61,714 nucleotides of DNA, from the NCBI GenBank assembly GCA_021811565.1, contig JAJZOL010000147.1, positions 1 through 61,714 on the forward strand. The letters run 5' to 3'. This DNA comes from a bacterium (GTDB lineage Bacteria > Armatimonadota > Chthonomonadetes > Chthonomonadales > CAJBBX01). Positions within the stretch are counted from its first letter, which is position 1. The number at the start of each line of letters is the position of its first letter. A program made the position numbers and the translations under genes. The notes beneath the pieces were generated by a model, which did no database searches, had not been told where the DNA came from, and saw only the letters and a program-made list of their open reading frames with translations. Below are positions 17,052 to 26,205 of this stretch, piece after piece.

Positions 17052-18344
17052 ATGTTTCAAAAATTAACACCTCCGTTTTTTTTGCTTCAGATAACAACGC
17101 CTCCCCAAAAGAACCCTCCGCCGGATTTCACTACAGGCTACCAATATCCCGTCACGATAAATCCCCCTCCCCGGGCGGAGTTGTTCACACGCATTGACAT
17201 GGTGATGTTGGTCACGCTCATGCTAATGACCGCCTACTTCATTCTTTACAAGCGAAGCCGTAAAGAGGTGAGACTTATCTCTCTTTTCTCTCTCTTGTAT
17301 TTCGGATTTTATCGGCATGGTTGCGTATGCAGCGTGGGAAGTATTCAAAACGTGGCGATGGCGATTTTTAATAACGGCTATGCGCTGCCACTGTCCGTCG
17401 GGGTTTTCTTCATTTTACCACTCCTATTCGCGCTCTTCTTCGGACGGGTTTTTTGTGCGGCGGTGTGCCCTCTTGGTGCGGCGCAAGATTTAATTCTGCA
17501 AAAAGCGAAACGAGTTCCGATTTGGCTGGACGAGACGCTTAGCGTTATTCCCTACGTCTACCTAGGGCTGGGAACCCTATTCGCTGCGACTGGAACTGTT
17601 TTTATCATCTGTGAATACGATCCCTTCGTGGCGTTTTTCCGCTTGAACGGCGGGGCGATGATGGTAACCTTGGGTATCATAATCCTTTTCCTGTCCACAT
17701 TCATCGGAAGGCCCTATTGCCGTTATCTATGCCCATACGGTGTCCTTTTGCGGTGGGCGGCGGCATGGTCGAAATGGAAGGTGCATGTGGCTCCGGATAA
17801 ATGCATCCAATGTCATCTTTGCGCGGAATCTTGTCCTTTCAACGCCATGCGAATGCCTGTTCCCGAAGAGGTTCGTCCGTCCAGAAAATCCACTCGTGCG
17901 GTATTATCAAGGGTGCTCTGGCTTATCCCGCTCCTGGCGATCCTTGGCGGAATATCCGGGCGATTGGCTAGCCCTCTCCTTTCCCATGTGGATATAACGG
18001 TGCAAACTGCGGATCGTGTTTGGAAGGAGAGACACGGATTGGTTCATGGAGAGACTTTGGAGAGCCAGGCTCACCGTGCAAACCAAATCCCTGATAATGT
18101 TCTTTACGCCAAGGCGGCGAAGATACGCAGAACATACGCCCTATATACGACTATTTTCGGCGTATGGCTTGGATTAGTGTTTGGATTGAAACTGTTTTTT
18201 ATTACAACCCGACGTAGATGGGATGATTATGACGCCGATCCCGCCGCCTGCGTGGCTTGCGGTAGATGTTTTGGGTATTGCCCTGCGGAAGCCAATGGGA
18301 AAAATGTTGAGGAGGGGGTATACATTAAAGGGAACCTCAAATAA
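17052..18344 (+). CDS. Membrane 4Fe-4S protein (NapH/MauN/RdxA-like)
   Basis: Multiple TMs; FCAAVCPLG and YCRYLCPYG (CxxxCP); CIQCHLCAESCP; CVACGRCFGYCP. Start approximate (ORF track gives 16983). Confidence 0.82.
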   Translation: MFQKLTPPFFLLQITTPPQKNPPPDFTTGYQYPVTINPPPRAELFTRIDMVMLVTLMLMTAYFILYKRSRKEVRLISLFSLLYFGFYRHGCVCSVGSIQNVAMAIFNNGYALPLSVGVFFILPLLFALFFGRVFCAAVCPLGAAQDLILQKAKRVPIWLDETLSVIPYVYLGLGTLFAATGTVFIICEYDPFVAFFRLNGGAMMVTLGIIILFLSTFIGRPYCRYLCPYGVLLRWAAAWSKWKVHVAPDKCIQCHLCAESCPFNAMRMPVPEEVRPSRKSTRAVLSRVLWLIPLLAILGGISGRLASPLLSHVDITVQTADRVWKERHGLVHGETLESQAHRANQIPDNVLYAKAAKIRRTYALYTTIFGVWLGLVFGLKLFFITTRRRWDDYDADPAACVACGRCFGYCPAEANGKNVEEGVYIKGNLK

Positions 18345-18441
18345 ACGCGGTCAATTGCAGAATAAAACGTAAATTGCTTCACCATGTGCGCTCGCATTTC
18401 GCCATCCAGTGCGAACCTTGTAATTTCCTAAGGAGAAGAAA

Positions 18442-21400
18442 ATGCGCTTCATTTCATTATTCCTGGGTCTTTTGCTATTTATTACGTTAATGGTCCATAC
18501 CACCGCTGCTGCGAATAAGAACCAAGGCAATTCCAACCCGGTAACAATCGCAAACGCCGAGACTCATCCAAACCTGCTCCCCAATTTCGGTTTCATGGAT
18601 TTGGTTAGGCATGGCGTTCCGAATGGATGGACGTGGCAATCGCGCAACACCGTATCCAGTATCACCCCGGTGGATACGCGCTCCGAGTTCGGGATGAGAT
18701 CTCTTCGGATTAAAAACGCGACACCTTTTGGAGCGAACGTATACGGAACGATGTGGACCACTAACCCCATCCATTTAACCCCTGGCACGCCTTACACAAT
18801 GAGTTGCTGGGTGAGCATCTCTCAATCAACCGTAGCGTGGATTGGCGGCGGGGATGATTGGAGGGTCAGACTCTATTTTCCGAACACCTATGGCAAATGG
18901 AAACAGTTTAGCCTTACATTCACTCCAAGCCCTTCAGAGGCGGAATTCACGTTTCGCATAAACACAGACGGTCAGACGAATGGCTTTCTTCTGCGCGACC
19001 CAAAAATCGAGGAGGGAAACGTCGTCACACCAGACCCTCCCGCAACGCAAATCGATCATCCATTGTTCCTCCCAACCCCTATGCCCGCGATAAACACGGA
19101 TAACCCATGGACTTTTCAAGCCTATCTCTATTCTTCCAAACCTATGAAAAATGCCATTTTAACAGCGATGTTAAAGTACGATGGCAAGGTTGTGCAACAG
19201 AAGTCAAAAGTTAATGCACCATTGGGTTTATCCCTTGTTACCATCAAGGAAGACGCCGTCCGCGTTCCGCATGCATCGGCGAACATGCAAATCAGCATTA
19301 ACAACAGTGAAGGCGCCGATCGCGCCACGTCCAATACGGTTATTGAGTTGTTCTCAGCCAACGCAACCAGACAAGCACTCTTATCCATACAAAACGCCGT
19401 TCCCTCCCTTTCTAAAATGATGCACAAGGCGGAAAAAATGAAGCTGGATGTAAGCTACCCTCGCGTGGCGGTCACCATTCTCCAACACCTCACGGGATAC
19501 GCGTTGGCGATGCTCGATCATAATCAGATTCAGCGCGCCACGTCTATGCTGGATCAGTTGACACCGATGGAACGTAAAACCAAGCGCACTTTCCAGTTAA
19601 TGCTCGCTCGAAAACTGCGATATCCGCCGACACCCTATTATGTGACTGGCAAGATATCCATCAAAAAAGCCACTTTTTACGCAAGCACCAAGGTGCCGGA
19701 AGAACGTGGAGTGTCCGTGCGTCCGGTCAACTTCACAGGCTGGGGAGCATTCGACCAAGTGCGCAAGGATCTCAATATCCTGCCGGATTACGGAGCGAAT
19801 ATCATCCAAGTGGAAATTGGTCCCAGTGCAGTATTCCCATCGGAGGGAGTTGTGTCCGATAGTGCTGTCCAGGATATGATAAGATTGCTGAAACAGGCTG
19901 CGAAAGCGAATGTGGCGGTAAATATACTGATCAGTCCGCATTACATGCCTGAATGGGTGATGAAGAAATACCCGGATATGAACGTGCAAAAAGAGGGATT
20001 CTTGCAATATTCCCTTTTTGCGCCGGAGGGAAGGGAAATCCTGCGCAAATTCCTGCAGTATGTCATCCCTCAACTGAAGGGTTATCCTGCCCTGCATAGT
20101 TTCTGTTTAAGCAACGAGCCAACAAACGCCCAAAGCCCGAATGATCCCAACGAGCGGCGCGATTGGCAAGAGTGGCTGCAAAAACATTATTCAAGTATCG
20201 GAGAATTGAACCAATTATGGGGGACGAATTATACGGATTTCGACGCCATACCGGTTCAAAACACGCTCAACCCACCTCCGCCATCGCCTATATGGTATGA
20301 TTTCGTGCGTTTCAACCAGGAGTTTTTCGCCGGATGGCATCGCTACCTGGCGGACACGATCCATTCCATCGCACCCAATGTTCCCGTCCATGCGAAAGCG
20401 ATGACTTGGACCATGCTTGGTGCGCCAGAGGTGCGTTACGGTGTGAACGCGCAATTATTCGGCGATTTCAGTCAAATCAATGGCAACGACTCCGCTGATT
20501 TCTACAACAATGGAGTCGGCGAATGGGCGGACGGTTGGACGTTGAACAACATGGCTTACGATCTTCAGCATTCCGTTTTAGACGCCCCCATCTTCAATAG
20601 CGAGAACCATGTGATGCCGGATAGAGGCGAGTACCCCGTGCCGCCTCAGCATCTTATCACGGACTTGTGGCAAAGCGCAATTCATGGCGAGGGTGCGACA
20701 ACATTATGGTGCTGGGAGGAGACGTTCGATCCGAAAGCGGATTTTTGGGGGCTTGAAATGGAGCGTCCGGCGTGCGTCCAGGCGATAGGCGATACCGGTT
20801 TGGATTTAATGCGCCTAGCCCCGCAGGTTGCAAAATTCCAGAATATGAAGCCACAGGTGCAGATTCTATTCACCACTGCAGCGAGAGTGTGGGACGGAAA
20901 CGACTTCAGCGATTGCCTCAACAAGGTTTGCACCGCACTTGATTTCACAGGCATGAAAATAGGCTATGTCACGGAAAGGGATCTTGTGGAAGGGAAAACG
21001 CCAATCGCACCGCTTCTGATCGTTCCGGATATACGGCATATCTCGAACGCGGCATTGCAAACTCTTGATAAATACAAAGGTCATATCCTCGCTTTTGGCG
21101 GCAAGGATATATTCGGATATGATGACTACAACCATCCCCGTGAAGTCCCTGCATACCATACGATAGCATTTACGAGAGAACAGACCACGGACATAGACAT
21201 ATGGAAAAGGCTCATCCCCTATCTGACATCCGAAAAACTCAACCCAACTATAAAAATTACTGATATAAACGGCAAGAGCCAGTGGGGCGTGGAATGGCTT
21301 ACGGTAAAATACCATGGGTCGATATTGGTAAACGCAGTCAATTACCTTCAAAATCCGACAACCATAAAGGTCTGGTCGGGCAAAAAGAGTCTCTTCTGTC

Positions 21401-21489
21401 GAAATATACTGCCAACCACACCAACCGGATATGTGAAAACAATCCATCTGAACCCGATGCAACCAGTATTGCTTGAGTTAAAGAATTAA
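18442..21489 (+). CDS. Secreted GH42-like beta-galactosidase with N-terminal CBM4/9-like domain
   Basis: Signal peptide; NLLPNFGF...P.GW carbohydrate-binding start; HYMPEW, LSNEP (acid/base), WL..HY.SI.ELN..WGT.Y.DF, FNSENH (nucleophile). Confidence 0.75.
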   Translation: MRFISLFLGLLLFITLMVHTTAAANKNQGNSNPVTIANAETHPNLLPNFGFMDLVRHGVPNGWTWQSRNTVSSITPVDTRSEFGMRSLRIKNATPFGANVYGTMWTTNPIHLTPGTPYTMSCWVSISQSTVAWIGGGDDWRVRLYFPNTYGKWKQFSLTFTPSPSEAEFTFRINTDGQTNGFLLRDPKIEEGNVVTPDPPATQIDHPLFLPTPMPAINTDNPWTFQAYLYSSKPMKNAILTAMLKYDGKVVQQKSKVNAPLGLSLVTIKEDAVRVPHASANMQISINNSEGADRATSNTVIELFSANATRQALLSIQNAVPSLSKMMHKAEKMKLDVSYPRVAVTILQHLTGYALAMLDHNQIQRATSMLDQLTPMERKTKRTFQLMLARKLRYPPTPYYVTGKISIKKATFYASTKVPEERGVSVRPVNFTGWGAFDQVRKDLNILPDYGANIIQVEIGPSAVFPSEGVVSDSAVQDMIRLLKQAAKANVAVNILISPHYMPEWVMKKYPDMNVQKEGFLQYSLFAPEGREILRKFLQYVIPQLKGYPALHSFCLSNEPTNAQSPNDPNERRDWQEWLQKHYSSIGELNQLWGTNYTDFDAIPVQNTLNPPPPSPIWYDFVRFNQEFFAGWHRYLADTIHSIAPNVPVHAKAMTWTMLGAPEVRYGVNAQLFGDFSQINGNDSADFYNNGVGEWADGWTLNNMAYDLQHSVLDAPIFNSENHVMPDRGEYPVPPQHLITDLWQSAIHGEGATTLWCWEETFDPKADFWGLEMERPACVQAIGDTGLDLMRLAPQVAKFQNMKPQVQILFTTAARVWDGNDFSDCLNKVCTALDFTGMKIGYVTERDLVEGKTPIAPLLIVPDIRHISNAALQTLDKYKGHILAFGGKDIFGYDDYNHPREVPAYHTIAFTREQTTDIDIWKRLIPYLTSEKLNPTIKITDINGKSQWGVEWLTVKYHGSILVNAVNYLQNPTTIKVWSGKKSLFCRNILPTTPTGYVKTIHLNPMQPVLLELKN

Positions 21490-21653
21490 TCGCCGCATGA
21501 GAAAAGCCAAGCATTCCTATGGTTCCGCATACCAAAGCGTGATATACTATGATTGTCGATGAATCGGTATGCCTTTACACCGATTCGTCCATCTTATGGA
21601 AGGATATTTTTAATCGGTTTAATTCCTAAATACGGAATGATTATCAGCGAAAT

Positions 21654-23678
21654 ATGAATTCGGATCCTGTCCACAGTAACTCCCCACACAATAACCCATG
21701 GATGATCGCAGCTTATCGCACCGCCAGAGCGATGGAGATTTTTTGCGTTCTCATGCTAGCCATCCTCTTGGCTAATTCAATACGCGCACGAATTAATGAT
21801 CCCAATAACCCAGTCAAGTTGGAGAATCTCCTTGTCCAACTTTCACAAAACCCGAAGGATGAAAATCTTAAAAAGGAGATTCGACAACTGGATGTGACCA
21901 TCCGGAAAAACTATTTTCGTAGCCAGTTTATCGCAAAATACGGGTTGTATCTTCTGATCGGAGCGTTGGTGATTTATCTCCTTAGCTTGGAATATCTGCG
22001 CTCAGGGACCAAATCAACGCCGTTGCCCAATGTGAATATCGCCAAGGAGCCATGGTTGAACCCCGCCTTAAGCCGCAGATCGATTTACGCATTGGGCGGA
22101 ATTATGGGAGGCGTTCTTCTATCGTTAATCGTTTTATCCAGACATGATGTAACCTATGCTTATATTCACAATGATCTTTTTACGGCTTCCAACACGGCGT
22201 CCGCGCCTGCATCACCTCCACCCCCAATGGTTCAACAATTAGCTTCGACACCTGCAACAATCCCCACGGCGTCTACCGTTGCAACCGCACCAACCCCATC
22301 AAATGCACCCGCTAACGCCAACACAGCCGCAGGCACGCCATTGCTTGGCGCGGCAGCCATCACTGCAAGTTCCTCGCCGGCGTTACGCCCCGTTACACCC
22401 ACAGCAATTACACCGATTTCACCTAGTGCTCAAACCTCCGTCCCAACGCCGTCCGCCGCCACAACGAATGTTGCGACAGTCTCCATCACCCCTGCATACC
22501 CTTCCGATTGGAGTAATCAGTGGAATATGTTTCGGGGCCCGAGCGGAACAGGAATATGCACTCTCAGCGACATCCCCCTGCAATGGGATGGCACTCAGAA
22601 CCAAAACATTCTCTGGAAAGCCCCCATCCCCCTGCCGGGTTGGAGTTCGCCAATCGTCTGGAAAAAAAACATCTTTTTCACGGGCGGAGACAAGACCCAG
22701 CGGGTGGTTTATTGCTATTCCCTTAGCTACGGGTCTATTAACTGGCAATACAAGGTGCATGTGAAGGGATGCAATACGGTTCCTCAAGTGGGGGATGACA
22801 CAGGATTTGCGGCGCAAACCATGGCGACCGATGGAAAACGAGTGTACGCCATTTTCCCAACAGGAGAATTGGTCTGTCTTGACTTCACTGGCAAGCCCTT
22901 ATGGCTCAAATTCCTTGGCACCCCGGATAACGAGTACGGCATGGCTGCGTCGTTATTGCTCTGCGAGGGAAAGCTGATTGTGCAATCCGATCAGGGGAGC
23001 GATTCCACCGACAAGAAATCCTCAATCATTGCGTTCGACGACAAAACGGGCAAACAGTTATGGCGAACCCCGCGACCGGTCGGAAGTTCCTGGGCGACTC
23101 CCATCGCCATCAAGGTTAATGGCAAAACCGAAATCATCACCGCAGGAAACCCTTGGGTTATCGCATACGATCCCGCAACAGGCAAGGAGATATGGCGATG
23201 CGAATGTCTCGGCGGCGAAGTTGCTCCATCGCCCATCTTCTCCGGCCCCTTCGTTGTGGTTAGCAACCAAGGAGCGAATATCGTGGCGATCCGACCAACA
23301 GGCAAGGGCGACATCACCAAAACCGGTATCGCATGGATGGGAATGGATGGTTTGCCGGATATCGTAAGTCCTCTTAGTGACGGAAAACGCGTTTACCTTT
23401 TTACAACCCAAGGACAGATAACCTGTTACGACACAATTACAGGCAAGGAGTTGTGGACCCATCAGATGACGGATAATATCAAAGCGTCCCCCACGCTAGT
23501 AGGGAATAGTATCTATCTTTTGGATACGAAAGGGGTCATGCATATCCTAGCCGCAGGGGATCAATTTAACGAGACGGGTAAGAACCCCGTTGGCGAACGA
23601 ACATACTCTTCGCCGGCATATGTGGATAATAAGATCATTATTCGAGGGGAAAAGGATCTCTTTTGCATAGGCAAATAA
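21654..23678 (+). CDS. Multi-TM protein with Pro/Thr/Ala linker and PQQ-like beta-propeller
   Basis: Three hydrophobic segments, long P/T/A-rich linker, WNMFRGP, GWSSPIVW, SWATP, YSSPA. Confidence 0.85.
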   Translation: MNSDPVHSNSPHNNPWMIAAYRTARAMEIFCVLMLAILLANSIRARINDPNNPVKLENLLVQLSQNPKDENLKKEIRQLDVTIRKNYFRSQFIAKYGLYLLIGALVIYLLSLEYLRSGTKSTPLPNVNIAKEPWLNPALSRRSIYALGGIMGGVLLSLIVLSRHDVTYAYIHNDLFTASNTASAPASPPPPMVQQLASTPATIPTASTVATAPTPSNAPANANTAAGTPLLGAAAITASSSPALRPVTPTAITPISPSAQTSVPTPSAATTNVATVSITPAYPSDWSNQWNMFRGPSGTGICTLSDIPLQWDGTQNQNILWKAPIPLPGWSSPIVWKKNIFFTGGDKTQRVVYCYSLSYGSINWQYKVHVKGCNTVPQVGDDTGFAAQTMATDGKRVYAIFPTGELVCLDFTGKPLWLKFLGTPDNEYGMAASLLLCEGKLIVQSDQGSDSTDKKSSIIAFDDKTGKQLWRTPRPVGSSWATPIAIKVNGKTEIITAGNPWVIAYDPATGKEIWRCECLGGEVAPSPIFSGPFVVVSNQGANIVAIRPTGKGDITKTGIAWMGMDGLPDIVSPLSDGKRVYLFTTQGQITCYDTITGKELWTHQMTDNIKASPTLVGNSIYLLDTKGVMHILAAGDQFNETGKNPVGERTYSSPAYVDNKIIIRGEKDLFCIGK

Positions 23679-23730
23679 AAATGATCAATAACCACCCAAT
23701 GGAATCGTCCGTCCGCAGGAATACACGGAG

Positions 23731-26205
23731 ATGAGAAACCTTATCGGAGCCTCCCTGCCAATTCTGAATAAGAAGGGGCTGAGAAAAAACAGCATACAAA
23801 GCACGAGTGATGCGGATAATATTAATCCCATTGCATATGTGGAGGAGCTGGTTGAGACCACGGGGCGCGGAACGGAGGCACTGTTGCCCATTCTTCAGGC
23901 GATACAGACTAAATTCCGATATCTGCCTGAAGAGGCATTACGTCACGTGTGTCGGATCACGCAAATCAGACCGGCGGATATTGATGGGGTTGCGAGTTTC
24001 TATTCCCAGTTTCGCAGAAAGCCTGTAGGAAGATTCACAATCAACGTTTGTCACGGAACGGCTTGTCATGTAAAAGGCTCCGGATTAGTGCATGAGGCGC
24101 TCGCTCGTTACTTGGAGTTAAACCCTGGCGAGGATACCGATAAGGCGGGTCTTTTTACATTACAGCGTGTGTTTTGCCTGGGATGCTGCACGTTGGCTCC
24201 GGTGATGCAAATTGAGGGCGTCACATATGGTCATCTTTCCACGGAAAATGCGGATCGCGCCTTGAAGGATTTCCTGAAGCTCGATTCCGAATCGGGCGTT
24301 GTCAAGGCTGCCGATAAGAGATTCCCGAACCATTTCGATATGGCTGAGATTCGCGTTGGCATGGGATCATGCTGCATCGCCATAGGAAGCCAGAAGGTGC
24401 AAAACGTTATCGAGGAGACCATCCGTCACTATAACATCCCCGCCGTTATCAAACCCGTCGGATGCATTGATGCCTGTCATCTTGCTCCAACCGTTGAGAT
24501 CATCCCGCATTATTCCCCTAACTCCATGCCGGAAAGCGTTGCTGAAAGTGAAAACGAAGGCGGAAATTCAATCCTCTTTACAAAGGTGACCCCGGAAAAA
24601 GCGGAGAAAATCATCCGAACCCATCTTAAACCTCAAGGCATATTCCCTCGAATGAAGGAGATATACGCAGAGGCGCTGGACAAGTTCGATGTGGATGAAG
24701 GACCTGTCACGCGCTATTCCTCGGAAGTGCGCGAGGGGGCGATCTGTGATTTTCTCGGTGGGCAGGTGCATATTGCCACCGAGAGTTGCGGCTCGCTTCA
24801 ACCGTTGAATTTAAAAGAGTATCGCATACGGGACGGTTTTCAGGCGTTGGAGGAGGTGTTACAATCATCCGACCCCGAATCGGTGATAGAGACCGTTACG
24901 GAATCCGGCTTGCGTGGGCGGGGAGGCGCTGGATTCAGAACCGGTCTGAAATGGAGACGAGTGCATGAAGCACTTGGAGACGAGAAATATGTTGTGATGA
25001 ACGGAGACGAGGGTGACCCTAGCGCATTTATGGACCGCATGCTATTGGAGTCCTATCCTTTTCGTATTTTGGAAGGGATGATAATCGGAGCTTTCGCCGT
25101 CGGCGCACACGAAGGAATTCTCTACATCCGCGCGGAATACCCTCTTGCAACTCGAATAATGCGAGAGGCGATTAGAATTTGCGAGGAGAACAACCTGCTC
25201 GGCGAGAGAATACTGGATTCCAATTTCACGCTACGACTCAAAGTGATGGAAGGTGCGGGCGCATTCGTTTGCGGCGAGGAGACGGCGTTGCTTTCGAGTA
25301 TCGAAGGCAAGCGGGGTGAGCCGAGAATTCGTCCGCCCTACCCCGCCGAATCAGGATTGTGGGGAAAACCAACACTCATCAATAACGTGGAGACCTATGC
25401 GATGGTTCCATGGATCATTCGCCATGGCGCTAAGGCGTACGCGGCGATAGGCACGGATACCAGCAAGGGCACCAAGGTTTTTTCGCTGACAGGGAAAATC
25501 GCACGGGGTGGATTGATAGAGGTTCCCATGGGAACGAGCTTGCGGCATATCGTTGAAGTTATCGGCGGCGGAACCCCGAATGGCAAATTCAAAGCGGTGC
25601 AAATAGGAGGACCGTCCGGAGGATGCATTCCAGCCGATTTAGCCGATATCCCCATAGACTACGAGGCGCTGCAAAGCGTCGGGGCTTTTGTGGGAAGCGG
25701 CGGGTTAGTGGTTTTAGATGAGCACGATTGCATGGTGGACATCGCGCGATATTTTCTCAACTTCACTCAAAACGAGTCTTGTGGCAAATGCACCTTCTGT
25801 CGCGTGGGGACACGAAGGCTGTTGGAGATGTTGGATAAAATAGCCACTGGCAAGGGGAAGCCGGGGGATATCGATAAATTGGAGGAACTCGCGTTGCAGG
25901 TGAAGCAATCCAGCCTCTGCGGGTTGGGACAATCCGCTCCCAATCCTATCCTCTCCACTTTGCGATATTTTCGTGACGAATACGAGGCGCATATTCAAGG
26001 GCGATGCCCTGCGGGAAAATGCAAGGACTTGGTCCATTACCGAATCGGAGACAAATGCAACGGATGCACGAAATGCTCCCAAATATGCCCAGTGAATGCC
26101 ATACCCATACGACCTTATGAAAAACACTCCATTGACGACTCCCTTTGCACGAGATGTGATTCCTGCAGGCAAATTTGCCCGGTGGAAGCCATCCATGTGG
26201 AATAA
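23731..26205 (+). CDS. Fused NuoE + thioredoxin-like [2Fe-2S] + NuoF + 2x[4Fe-4S] NAD(P)H oxidoreductase (HydC-HydB/Hnd-like)
   Basis: CHGTAC...CLGCC; GMGSCC...GCIDAC; RGRGGAGF, GDEGDPSAFMDR, GAGAFVCGEETAL, GGPSGG, ESCGKCTFCRVGT, SLCGLGQ, CPAGKC, two terminal CxxCxxCxxxCP. Confidence 0.9.
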   Translation: MRNLIGASLPILNKKGLRKNSIQSTSDADNINPIAYVEELVETTGRGTEALLPILQAIQTKFRYLPEEALRHVCRITQIRPADIDGVASFYSQFRRKPVGRFTINVCHGTACHVKGSGLVHEALARYLELNPGEDTDKAGLFTLQRVFCLGCCTLAPVMQIEGVTYGHLSTENADRALKDFLKLDSESGVVKAADKRFPNHFDMAEIRVGMGSCCIAIGSQKVQNVIEETIRHYNIPAVIKPVGCIDACHLAPTVEIIPHYSPNSMPESVAESENEGGNSILFTKVTPEKAEKIIRTHLKPQGIFPRMKEIYAEALDKFDVDEGPVTRYSSEVREGAICDFLGGQVHIATESCGSLQPLNLKEYRIRDGFQALEEVLQSSDPESVIETVTESGLRGRGGAGFRTGLKWRRVHEALGDEKYVVMNGDEGDPSAFMDRMLLESYPFRILEGMIIGAFAVGAHEGILYIRAEYPLATRIMREAIRICEENNLLGERILDSNFTLRLKVMEGAGAFVCGEETALLSSIEGKRGEPRIRPPYPAESGLWGKPTLINNVETYAMVPWIIRHGAKAYAAIGTDTSKGTKVFSLTGKIARGGLIEVPMGTSLRHIVEVIGGGTPNGKFKAVQIGGPSGGCIPADLADIPIDYEALQSVGAFVGSGGLVVLDEHDCMVDIARYFLNFTQNESCGKCTFCRVGTRRLLEMLDKIATGKGKPGDIDKLEELALQVKQSSLCGLGQSAPNPILSTLRYFRDEYEAHIQGRCPAGKCKDLVHYRIGDKCNGCTKCSQICPVNAIPIRPYEKHSIDDSLCTRCDSCRQICPVEAIHVE

